Source: Macrostomum lignano (Eukaryota). Taken from it: a stretch of DNA of 59,503 nucleotides. Below the pieces are notes generated by a model. That model made no database searches. It was not told where the DNA came from and was given only the letters and a program-made list of their open reading frames with translations. Within the stretch, counting starts at the first letter, position 1. The number at the start of each line of letters is the position of its first letter. Position numbers and translations under genes: made by a program. The stretch covers positions 1-59,503 of the forward strand of contig NIVC01000456.1 of assembly GCA_002269645.1 (NCBI GenBank), in the 5' to 3' direction. This document shows positions 48,281 to 59,339 of the stretch, in pieces.

Positions 48281-51200
48281 CCGGCCAAACCTGCAGCGTC
48301 GGGAACTCGCGGGGGTCGCGGCGGCGGAGCGGCAGCCCCCGCTGCCAGGGGCGCCCGGCCGGCAGCCACGCGAGGCCGCGGTGGCGCCAGCGGGGCGGCT
48401 CGAGGCGGCGGCGGCAGCAGAGGCGGCACCGCAGCAAAGCAGCCGCAGAAGGCGAAGCCGCAGCCGGCGAAGTCCGCCGCAGATCCGCACCAGTCGAAGG
48501 CGGCCCTGACGATCCAATGCTGGTACCGCCGCCTCCTTGCGGCTCGCAAGCTGGCAGCCCTGCGCGCTGCTCGCCAAGACTACGAGAGGCAGATGGAGCG
48601 GCTGGAAAAGGAGGCCTTCGTGGCGGTGGTTCGGATGCAGCAGGCCGCGGCCGAGCGCCAGCGGGCCAAGGAGGAGGAGGAGAGAAAGCGGCGGGCCGAG
48701 CAGCTGCGCCGGCGAAAGCGGATGCTGGAGGCCGCCTTCAACGGCGAGACGGAGGAGATGGAGAGCCTGCTGCGGGAGGTTCGCTGGGGCCGGGTTTGTG
48801 GGTTGTCGGGGTGTCCGGGATCTGAGTGCCTTGCCTGGAGATCTGTCTGAACATCATGTGTCTCCTCTGGACATCTATGTGTCTTTTCTGGACATCCATG
48901 TGTCTCACTTGGACACCCATGTGTCTCATCTGTACATCCATGTGTCTCACTTGGACATCCATGTGTCTCATCTAGGCATCCATGTGTCTCATCTAGGCAT
49001 CCATGTGTCTCATCTAGGCATTCATGTGTCTAATCTAGGCATCCACGTGTCTCTGGACATCCTTGTGTCTCACCTGGACATCATGTGTCTCACATAACAC
49101 AATCCCCACCCCAATTCCACAGCAAGAGTCCCTGGACTCCCAGGCCGGCCTGTCACGTGACGACCCGATCGGCCGGGCGCTGCGCAACCGGCACCAGCTG
49201 GAGCTGCTGGACTGCGAAGACGCCAACGGCAATTCGCCGCTCTCCGAGGCCGCCAGCGGAGGCGACCCCGAGTCTGTCGGCTTCCTGCTGCAGCGGGGCG
49301 CCGACCCCAACAGGCGCGGCCAGTTTGGCCGGACGCCTCTGTACCGGGCCTCCTTCGCTGGCCACCTGGCCGCCTGCGAGCAGCTGCTCGGCGCTGGTGC
49401 CGATCCCAGGATCTACGCTGAGGATGCCCAGACCGCCAGGGACGTGGCCGCGATTGATGAAGTTAGGTGAGACTGCTGAGTATCTTACCTGGGATCTGAG
49501 AGTCTTGCTTGAGATCTGAGTGTCTTACCTGGCTGGGATCTAAATGTCTTATCTGGGATCTGAGAGCCTTACTTGCGATCTGAGAGTCTTACTTGCGATC
49601 TGAGAGTCTTACTTGAGATCTGAGAGTCTTCTTGAGATCTGAGTGTCTCACCTGGGATCTGAGCGTCTTACCTGGAATCTGAGAGTCTTACCTGGGATCT
49701 GAATGTCTTAATTGAGATCTGAGTGTCTCACCTGGGATCTAAATGTCCCAATGTCCTAAGATCTAAGTAGCTTGTCCGGGATCTGAGTGTCTTATCTGGG
49801 AGATTTAATTTGGCTTAAAAATCCTACCTTTAAGATTCGGTTCGATTTCAAAATCGCACTCTTCAGCCCCCGCGCAGGAAACATCTCTTATAACATTAAC
49901 ATTGGCTGCAAATTCGGTCACAGTCGTGACTCTTACTCTTGCCCAAATTTGGCGTTTTCTGCTTGATATTAAAGAAAAGTTGGCTAATTTATTCCTAGGC
50001 CAAAGGAAGCGCTAAGTTTCGGATGCAAATTCATTGTACGGTTCACCTTTTATAAACACTCTAGGCATCAGCCTTGAAAAAGTCTATTTAATTCCAGTTT
50101 GAGTTCGGCTTACCAATCCAGCCAGAATAAGCAATCGAGATAAAAAATAACGATTAACGCTGTTTAGTCTACTTATTATAGGACTTTCACTATAGTAGTA
50201 TAGTAAAAATACCTGTTTTTAAAAACTGCAGAGAACTGCTAGATTCGTGGGACATCGGCCAGACAGATCAACTGCTCGGCAAAATCGAGAAGGCGAAGGC
50301 AGCCCGCCGCGAGGAGGAGCGAAAACGGCAGGAGGCCGAGATGGCCTCGCTGGACGCTCAGGTGGAAGCCGCCGAGCGGGAATCGGCGACCGCCGAGCTG
50401 CGACTTCGCCAGGCCCATTGCGATTTAGAGAAGCGAATTCACGAGCACGATTTGGCGGCGGGCGAGGGTCGCACCGACGTTGCCCCGGCAACCCTGGCGT
50501 CCGTGCACGACGCCGAGGCCGAGTTGGAGCTGGCCAAGGCCGGACAGGAGCGGGCCAGGGATCGGCTGTCCATGCTGCGGCTGCAACGACGGGAAAAAGC
50601 GGCAGAAAGTAAATTGATTTTATTGCCGATATGTATCGAAAAATATCTTCTTAGCCTAGAGTGAATATCTAGCTAAATATTTTATTTCTTTATTAGCCGA
50701 TATGTATCGAAAATTGTATAGTCAATGACCTTGCAGTAGTGATTTGTAGCCGATATGCATCGGAAAAACCTTACATAAAAATTTGGCTCTGTACAGTCTT
50801 CTACGCTACATATCGGCTGGAAATCAATTTCGAAAATTATTTTGCTAATGAGCTTGCACTAGTGATTTGTAGCCGATATGTATCGAAAGTTATTTTGCCA
50901 ACGAGCTTGCACTAGTGATTTGTAGCCGATATGTATCGAAAGTTATTTTGCCAACGAGCTTGCACTAGTGATTTGTAGCCGATATGTATCGAAAGTTATT
51001 TTGCCAACGAGCTTGCACTAGTGATTTGTAGCCGATATGTATCGAAATTTATTTAGCTAATAAGCCGTTAACAGTATATGTGAAGCCGATATGTATCAAA
51101 AATTGCTGTGTTATCACTTGAAAAAGTAACATTTTCAGTTTTTCTTAGTAACCGGCTTGTATCTACAAGCAGTTTAGTGACACATTAGAATGTAAATTCT

Positions 51201-53858
51201 AATTCGATTTCGAAGGATTACCGAATCCACTGCCTGTTTATCCCATTATTTCGCCGTCACAGACCAGGAAGGCAAGTCGGCTGGCGACGAGTCTCGTCCA
51301 GGCATTCGGGCCAACGTCCGCGAACTCGACGACATCCTGCTGCGGGATGTGGGCAACCGGATCCAGGATAGCAACCGCTGGCCTCTGCTGGTGGACCCCA
51401 GCGGCATGGCCTGCACCTTCCTGCGCTACAGGGACACCAACTATGCCAACGCGCTCAACCCTGCCGACATGGAGGTCAACAAGCTGCGGATGGCCGTCAT
51501 GGGCGCCCTGCGGTCAGTGCAGATTCTTTGTGCTTCCCGGATGCTCCGGCTGGGCCACCCTCCCAGGTCCCCTCCTAGTTCCCCTGCTGGGCACCCTCTC
51601 AGACCCTATGACCCTCTAGGATCCCCAGTCCCTTAACATCCTCAGTCCTTGGGGATCCCCAGGCCCTCCCAGATCCCCAGGGCATCCCAGATCCCCAAGG
51701 CATCCAGATCCCCAAGGCATCCAGATCCCCAAGGCATTCCACATCCCCATGGCCTCCCAGATCCCCAGGGCCTCCCAGATCCCCAAGGCATTCCACATCC
51801 CCATGGCCTCCCAGATCCCCAGGGCATCCCAGATCCCCAAGGCATCCAGATCCCCAAGGCATCCAGATCCCCAAGGCATTCCACATCCCCATGGCCTCCC
51901 AGATCCCCAGGGCCTCCCAGATCCCCAGGGCCTTTCAGATCTCCAGGCCCTCCCAGATCCCCAGACACTCCCAGATCCTCAGGGCCTTCCAGATCCCCAG
52001 GCCTTTTTGAATCCCCTGGCCCTCCCAGATCCTCAGGGCCTTCCAGATCCCCTGGCCCTCCCATATTCCCAGGCCCTCCCAGATCCCCTGGCCCTCCCAT
52101 ATTCCCAGGCCCTCCCAGATCCCCTGGCCCTCCCATATTCCCAGGCCCTCCCAGATCCCCTGGCCCTCCCAGATCCCCAGGCCTTTTTGAATCCCCAGGC
52201 CCTCCCAGATCCCCAGACACTCCTAGATCCCCAGGCCCTCCCAGATCCCCAGACACTCCCAGATCCCCAGGCCCTCCCAGATCCCGACACTCCCAGATCC
52301 CCAGGCCCTCCCAGATCCCGACACTCCCAGATCCCCAGACACTCCTAGATCCCCAGGCCCTCCCAGATCCCCAGACACTTCCAGATCCCCAGGCCCTCCC
52401 AGATCCCGACACTCCCAGATCCTCAGGGCCTTCCAGATCCCCAGGCACTCCCAGATACCCTGGCCCTCCCAGATCCCCTGGCCCTCCCAGATACCCTGGC
52501 CCTCCCAGATCCCCTGGCCCTCCCAGATCCTCGGGGCCTTCCAGATCCCCAGGCACTCCCAGATACCCTGGCCCTCCCAGATCCCCTGGCCCTCCCAGAT
52601 CCCCTGGCCCTCCCAGATACCCTGGCCCTCCCAGATCCCCTGGCCCTCCCAGATCCTCGGGGCCTTCCAGATCCCCAGGCACTCCCAGATACCCTGGCCC
52701 TCCCAGATCCACAGGCTCTCCCAGATCCCCAGGCCCTCCCAGATCCTCGGGGCCTTCCAGATCCCCAGGCACTCCCAGATCCACAGGCTCTTCCAGATCC
52801 CCAGGCACTCCCAGATAATCTATGCATCCAGATCCTCAGGCCTTCCTACACCCTACAGCTACGTGGGCCACCGCCGCCCCTAAAAGTGCAACAATCGCGC
52901 CCTTAATACCAGAAAATCCCTTCCTACATGCAGTTTCGGCAAGCCGTTCGTGCTGGACCTGATGGACCTGGACCACCTGCTGGACTCCTCTTGCGCTGTT
53001 CGATTCGGGGAAATCTGCCCGAATCTCCTGCAGATGCTGATCGACAAGTCCATTCTGAAGGATGCGAAGTGAGTGCCAGAATTCAGTGCTGGGCATCTCT
53101 TCATTGTAATGGGCTATTTTCCTTTAAATACCCTGATTGACCTTTGATGACGGATCTCCTGTTGACCTTGGATCTCTTGTTGACCTTGGATCTCCTGTTG
53201 ACCTTGGATCTCCTGTTGACCTTGGATCTCCTGTTGACCATGGAACTCCTGTTGACCTTGGATCTCCTGTTGACCATGGAACTCCTGTTGACCTTGGATC
53301 TCCTGTTGACCATGGAACTCCTGTTGACCTTGGATCTCCTGTTGACCTTGGAACTCCTGTTGACCTTGGATCTCTTGTTGACCTTGGATCTCTTGTTGAC
53401 CTTGGATCTCTTGTTGACCTTGGATCTCTTGTTGACCTTGGATCTCTTGTTGACCTTGGATCTCTTGTTGACCTTAGATCTCCTGTTGACCTTGGATCTC
53501 TTGTTGACCTAGGATCTCTTGTTGACCTTGGATCTCTTGTTGACCTTGGATCTCCTGTTGACCTTAGATCTCCTGTTGACCTTGGATCTCCTGTTGACCT
53601 TGACCCCCTGCAGACTTTGACCCCCTGCTGACCTTGACCCCCCGCAGCAGTTCTGACCTTAGCATACTGAAATTCATTTCAATCGGCTTCTCTTTCAGCT
53701 GGCGGCGCCTCGTCAGACCCGGCGACAGCGCCGAGTACGGTGAGAACAGGGCCTGGCGCCTGGAGCACTTCCGGTTCATGGTGGTCACTAAGAACAGCTT
53801 GCCGGACCCGAAGTATCTGGACCAGTTCCTGCCCGTGTGGGTGGTGTCTCCGAGCTGA
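48281..53858 (+). CDS. IQANK1: IQ motif and ankyrin repeat domain-containing protein 1 orthologue; exons 48281-48778, 49123-49466, 50232-50608, 51263-51512, 52934-53068, 53699-53858 (587 codons plus stop; start codon not in these exons)
   Basis: IQ motif (IQCWYRRLLAARKL), coiled coil, ankyrin repeats (NGNSPLSEAASGG, GRTPLYRASFAGH), C-terminal DVGNRI..RWPLLVDPSG..TFLRYRDTNY, GALRFGKPFVLD and RLEHFRFMVVTK, matching human IQANK1 as I recall it. All five GT-AG introns are phase-compatible. Confidence 0.92.
48845..49092. repeat. Intronic 21-bp minisatellite (CATCCATGTGTCTCATCTAGG)
   Basis: Direct tandem copies in IQANK1 intron 1. Confidence 0.9.
50620..51100. repeat. Intronic 53-bp tandem repeat (GAGCTTGCACTAGTGATTTGTAGCCGATATGTATCGAAAGTTATTTTGCCAAC)
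   Basis: About 3-4 near-perfect copies plus degenerate copies in intron 3. Confidence 0.9.
51640..52830. repeat. Intronic C-rich 9/18-bp satellite (CCAGATCCCCAGGCCCTC)
   Basis: Fills IQANK1 intron 4. Confidence 0.95.
53150..53640. repeat. Intronic 18-bp minisatellite (GATCTCCTGTTGACCTTG)
   Basis: Fills IQANK1 intron 5. Confidence 0.95.
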
Positions 53859-54344
53859 TTCTATTGGCATTTCATGCCGTGCTGAAGTTGCTCATGGTTT
53901 CAATTCCAACTGCACTACTCATTTCGCATGCTAGTAGTATGTTAGTAGCGAATCTCTTAATATTTATTTGCTGCAAGTGCCTGTCGTAGATTTTTCATAT
54001 CACCAATTTCACTACTTAAAGTAGCCAGTTTGTGATTATTTTTTATTATTCTATAATTTTTAAACTTAGTATACAAATTTTAATCTTTGTATTGAGCACC
54101 TTGCCCCATGAACTCAGCATTCGGTATGAGTTCCGACCGTCCATTTTCCGTCCGTCTTCGAAAATCCTTAAATAAACAAAATTTTTTTGTTTTTTCTATT
54201 TCACGTTTTCGTCTTTCTTTCGCCGCGTTTTTAAAACCTCTGGACTTTACATAAACATTTCTATTGACATAGTTATTCACTTCTAGTATAGTGCGCGAAT
54301 CAGGGCCCTCAGTGGCAGATTCAGGAATCTTTGAAATAGAAAAG

Positions 54345-55769
54345 AGGGCGGATTTTGAGAGTCTTTGAACAGGGGCGGATTTTGAGAGTCTTTGAACAGA
54401 GGATGGATTTTGAGAGTCTTTGAACAGAGGATGGATTTTGAGAGTCTTTGAACAGAGGATGGATTTTGAGAGTCTTTGAAAAGAGGATGGATTTTGAGAG
54501 TCTTTGAACAGGGGCGGATTTTGAGAGTCTTTGAACAGAGGATGGATTTTGAGAGTCTTTGAACAGAGGATGGATTTTGAGAGTCTTTGAAAAGAGGATG
54601 GATTTTGAGAGTCTTTGAACAGAGGATGGATTTTGAGAGTCTTTGAAAAGAGGATGGATTTTGAGAGTCTTTGAACAGGGGCGGATTTTGAGAGTCTTTG
54701 AAAAGAGGATGGATTTTGAGAGTCTTTGAACAGGGGCGGATTTTGAGAGTCTTTGAACAGAGGATGGATTTTGAGAGTCTTTGAACAGAGGATGGATTTT
54801 GAGAGTCTTTGAACAGAGGATGGATTTTGAGAGTCTTTGAACAGAGGATGGATTTTGAGAGTCTTTGAACAGAGGATGGATTTTGAGAGTCTTTGAACAG
54901 GGCGGATTTTGAGAGTCTTTGAACAGAGGATGGATTTTGAGAGTCTTTGAACAGAGGATGGATTTTGAGAGTCTTTGAACAGGGCGGATTTTGAGAGTCT
55001 TTGAAAAGAGGATGGATTTTGAGAGTCTTTGAACAGGGGCGGATTTTGAGAGTCTTTGAACAGAGGATGGATTTTGAGAGTCTTTGAACAGAGGATGGAT
55101 TTTGAGAGTCTTTGAACAGAGGATGGATTTTGAGAGTCTTTGAACAGAGGATGGATTTTGAGAGTCTTTGAACAGAGGATGGATTTTGAGAGTCTTTGAA
55201 CAGAGGATGGATTTTGAGAGTCTTTGAACAGAGGATGGATTTTGAGAGTCTTTGAAAGAGGATGGATTTTGAGAGTCTTTGAACAGGGGCGGATTTTGAG
55301 AGTCTTTGAAAAGAGGATGGATTTTGAGAGTCTTTGAACAGAGGATGGATTTTGAGAGTCTTTGAACAGAGGATGGATTTTGAGAGTCTTTGAACAGAGG
55401 ATGGATTTTGAGAGTCTTTGAAAGAGGATGGATTTTGAGAGTCTTTGAAAAGAGGATGGATTTTGAGAGTCTTTGAACAGGGGCGGATTTTGAGAGTCTT
55501 TGAAAAGAGGATGGATTTTGAGAGTCTTTGAACAGAGGATGGATTTTGAGAGTCTTTGAACAGGGGCGGATTTTGAGAGTCTTTGAAAAGAGGATGGATT
55601 TTGAGAGTCTTTGAAAAGAGGATGGATTTTGAGAGTCTTTGAAAAGAGGATAGATTTTGAGAGTCTTTGAAAAGAGGATGGATTTTGAGAGTCTTTGAAC
55701 AGAGGATGGATTTGAGAGTCTTTGAACAGAGGATGGATTTTGAGAGTCTTTGAACAGGGGCGGATTTTG
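54345..55769. repeat. 27/28-bp minisatellite (GGATTTTGAGAGTCTTTGAACAGAGGAT), ~51 copies
   Basis: Direct tandem copies. Confidence 0.97.
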
Positions 55770-55770
55770 T

Positions 55771-55800
55771 GTCTTATGCGAATCCACAATTTATTGCATG
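55771..55800 (+). other. Spliced-leader-like sequence ending in ATG, not followed by a GT donor (putative relict SL)
   Basis: TCTTATGCGAATCCACAATTTATTGCATG vs the recalled M. lignano SL 3' part TCTTACTGCGAAGACTCAATTTATTGCATG: 26/30 by eye, last 14 nt identical. The SL is quoted from memory. Confidence 0.6.
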
Positions 55801-55831
55801 AGCAGTTTTTCCTCTCTGAGACTCAGTAGCC

Positions 55832-56026
55832 ATGCCGTCAGCTCCCGCTGCATCGCCCACTCAGCCGCAGCCTCCCGGCCGCATCGCCTGGTTTGTGCTG
55901 CTGCAGGCCAGCATCCAGGCCTGGCTGCGGCCCGCCATCTGGTGCCCGCTGCTCAATCGAGTGCACAGCTACAGGGAGGTCTGGCGGACCGGCGGGTCCG
56001 AGGCTGCCGAGCTGGTGGACTCCGTG
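55832..56026 (+). CDS. Probable first coding exon of an unidentified gene (MPSAPAASPTQPQPPGRIAWFVLLQ...ELVDSV)
   Basis: Strong GC3 bias in this frame; donor GTG|GTGAGA after 56026; if unspliced, a 74-aa ORF ending at 56056. Confidence 0.55.
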
Positions 56027-56075
56027 GTGAGAGGCGACTGGCGCTCAGCTCCCTAATTAGCAAAGTTTTCTAAAA

Positions 56076-56712
56076 TATCAAAATCCGCCCCCTCCAAGGC
56101 TACTCAAAATCCGCCCCCCTCCAAGGCTACTCAAAATCCGCCCCCTCCAAGGCTACTCCAAATCCGCCCCCTCCAAGGCTTCTCAAAATCCGCCCCCTCC
56201 AAGGCTTCTCAAAATCTGCCCCTCCGAGGCTACTCAAAATCCGCCCCCTCTAGGGCTACTCAAAATCCGCCCCCTCCAAGGCTACTCAAAATCTGCCCCT
56301 CCGAGGCTACTCAAAATCCGCCCCCTCCATGGCTACTCAAAATCCGCCCCCTCCAGGGCTACTCAAAATCCGCCCCTCCAAGGCTACTCAAAATCCGCCC
56401 CTCCGAGGCTACTCAAAATCCGCCCCCTCAAGGCTACTCCAAATCTGCCCCTCCGAGGCTACTCAAAATCCGCCCCTCTAGGGCTACTCAAAATCCGCCC
56501 CTCCGAGGCTACTCAAAATCCGCCCCCTCTAGGGCTACTCAAAATCCGCCCCTCCAAGGCTACTCAAAATCCGCCCCCTCCAAGGCTACTCAAAATCTGC
56601 CCCTCGAAGGCTACTCAAAATCCGCCCTCTCCAAAGCTACTCCAAATCACCCCTTTCCAAGGCTACTCAAAATCCGCCCCTTTAGGGCTACTCAAAATCC
56701 GCCCCTCTAGGG
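56076..56712. repeat. 26/27-bp minisatellite (CTCAAAATCCGCCCCCTCCAAGGCTA)
   Basis: Direct tandem copies; core is the reverse complement of the core of the 54345-55769 array. Confidence 0.95.
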
Positions 56713-57074
56713 CTCCCGTCGAACGTTTCACCCGGAATTTTTTCCGGAATTTTGTGATCCGGGCCCGATTTTTAATTGATTTCCGGGTGAAGGCCCGGAT
56801 CAGCTTTTTTGGCCCGGAACAGCCCCTTGTTCCGGAAAAAAATCCGGAAATATGATCCGGAAAATTTTCGGGAAAAGGAAAGCTGTTCCGGTCTGATTTT
56901 CCGGAATTTTTCACCTGGAACACTATGGAATTCTGGTGTAGACCCGAATTCAGTGTTCGGGTAATGTTCCGGTGAATTTCTGAGTCGGCTCCAGTGATGA
57001 ACTAATGAAAATTCCGGGCTCTGAGAATTTCAGAGTTCGGGGAAGCTGAGTCCGGAATTTCACGAGTCGGATCC

Positions 57075-57535
57075 GCGATCCCAATAATCCGGAAAATTCA
57101 CCCGGATCAGCTCCCTTGACCCGAATTTCAGCCAAGTTCCGGGCGAAGCTGATCCGGGAAAATTTCGGGACTTGAGTCGGAATTCCCTAGCGATCCGGAC
57201 CAAATAATCCGGAAAATTCAGGATCAGCTCCCTTGACCCGAATTTCAGCCAAGTTCCGGGCGAAGCTGATCCGGGAAAATTTCGGGACTTGAGTCGGAAT
57301 TCCCTAGTGATCCGGACCAAATAATCCGGAAAATTCACCTGGATCAGCTCCCTTGACCCGAATTTCAGCCAAGTTCCGGGCGAAGCTGATCCGGGAAAAT
57401 TTCGGGACTTGAGTCGGAATTCCTAGTGATCCGGACCAAATAATCCGGAAAATTCACCTGGATCAGCTCCCTTGACCCGAATTTCAAGTTCCGGCGAAGC
57501 TGATCCGGGAAAATTTCGGGACTTGAGTCGGAATC
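57075..57535. repeat. ~121-bp CCGG-rich tandem repeat, ~3.7 copies, within a CCGGA-rich zone starting at ~56730
   Basis: Direct tandem copies. Confidence 0.9.
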
Positions 57536-58131
57536 AATCCGGCATCCATTATATAAGTTCCATGGGGATTTTGAGAGGAAGCCTCCGATGGAAAACCGCT
57601 GAATACAGACCCCAGCAAATGGCTATCCCATCAGGCAATCCCTGGCATCCATTTGGTCAACGGCGCTAATTCCTCTTGGAAAGCGAGGGGTAATAAAGCC
57701 TCGAAATTGCAATGTGAATTGATCTGCTTTTGGCGCTCTGTAGCGTCCGTAATGTGAGGCTGAGCCCATCCTCCGTACAGGTGACAATTGAAAAATTGTT
57801 GCGCCCTGTTTGTGTGCGAGAGGTTTGACTTCCACTGGCATGTAGTCTATCACAGCTGCTTAGTGTGTGTCAACGGGCTGAATGATTCTATCGTCATATT
57901 TGACGCTTAGAAGCATAAAATCAGCCAACCATATTGTTTGGCACAGCTGGGTGTCTAGACGGAGACTGTGGCATAGTTCCAAATAGCTCTAACTGGCCCA
58001 GTATGCAAAGCAGCTTTCCTATTAAGATAGACGCTAATCCGATTTTTGTCGGTACATGCTCCATTGGTTTGTCTAAGGCGTTTGCAGTTGCACCAGCCGT
58101 GAGCAGATCACGTTGTCACGGCTGCTAACAA

Positions 58132-58781
58132 GAGTACCGGATCCCGTATTCCGCCACTCTCTGGAAGGGGCCTTTGGATAGAAAGGCCCAAGCGATTGAA
58201 GCGACTGCTTTGGCGCGTGTGCCATCGCAGCAACCGCAGCCGTCACGATGCCCGTCATGCACCACAATGATGGATCAGATTCGGGCCCAAGGCGAAGCCG
58301 AGGACGAACTGTGTAAGTTTTTTATGCATATACTAGAAGACGTTAGCAGCCTCGTATATATATAAGTGTTGTCGATTCTTAAGTTTGAATCTGCTTCGCC
58401 ACTCTCCTCATTTTTATGTACTTAATAGGCCATCAATTGAGCGGAGTTCGTGAAAAGCTGTCGGAGGCTCAAGCCGAAAATCGTCAGATGAAAGCTGAAG
58501 TTCTTCGATTGGAAGCTATCTCCGCTACGAGCTCGTCGGAATCCGACACGACCGTGGCGAGAAGCCAGGCAGTGCTCTTTCAATCTCGGCCAGCCGCAGA
58601 GCGGCAAAAGAAGGCGGACCAGGTGAAGGCGCGACGAATCGCCAGTGCTGCCGAAAATGAGGGGCCGACTTCTGGAAACATATATTTCCAGACGGCGAGC
58701 TACTCGAGGAGTGAAATGCGGGCGATGTCCAAGATCGAGTGCATAACACAACCACCGCATTTATTTGCAATTAATTTCTAG
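58132..58781 (+). CDS. Two spliced exons (~58132-58312 and 58429 onward) encoding a coiled-coil fragment of unknown protein
   Basis: GTAAGT...TTAATAG intron (58313-58428) joins EDEL-C-HQLSGVREKLSEAQAENRQMKAEVLRLE in frame; outer ends uncertain. Confidence 0.5.
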
Positions 58782-59339
58782 GTTTTTGTTAAGGCCAAAT
58801 TTGCTGGATTCGATTTCATTAGAAAACGCTCTTCGAGACATTGGCTGTCTACATTTATGAGCCCTGATAGGTCCTGGAAAATGAAGAAGTCGTTCCTTAA
58901 TTTTTGCGGAGATCTTTACAATTCTTAAGCAAGTGAATAGACAAGTCAGCTGATTGAGTTAACTAGCTAATTAGCTGTATATGCGAGTGACCACCTGACA
59001 GATGCAATCAGAGGTAGGCGATGGGATCCCTGAAGAGTAGCCAATGTCGCGATAAGGTATATAAAACCGTATACGGCTTCAAAAAAAAGTTAATGGTAGC
59101 ATCGAAGTCCAGCTGCCCATCCGAGTGACATTCAGAAGGTCAGCATTTTTTGTTTCTGAAAGTACGTAGAAGGCATAGAAATATACGATTCAGTTGTGCA
59201 CAACTGAATTCAGTATTTCTGTTCGTGACGGCTAAATCGAATTCGATTCAATTCGTAGTCGTGGAAAATGTATGGAACAATGACCCGTTCTTTATTTAAA
59301 TTTTCTGCTCTGTGATAAGCCCAAGATTTGGCTGCAAAT

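Noticed and set aside
51642-52818. 388/389-aa collagen-like or Pro-rich ORFs on both strands
   Set aside because: Produced by a 9/18-bp satellite inside IQANK1 intron 4; the flanking exons splice in frame without it
54080-55789. 569- and 488-aa minus-strand ORFs
   Set aside because: Translations of the 27/28-bp satellite
55771-55900. Functional SL RNA gene
   Set aside because: No GT donor after the ATG and no evident Sm site; kept only as a relict SL
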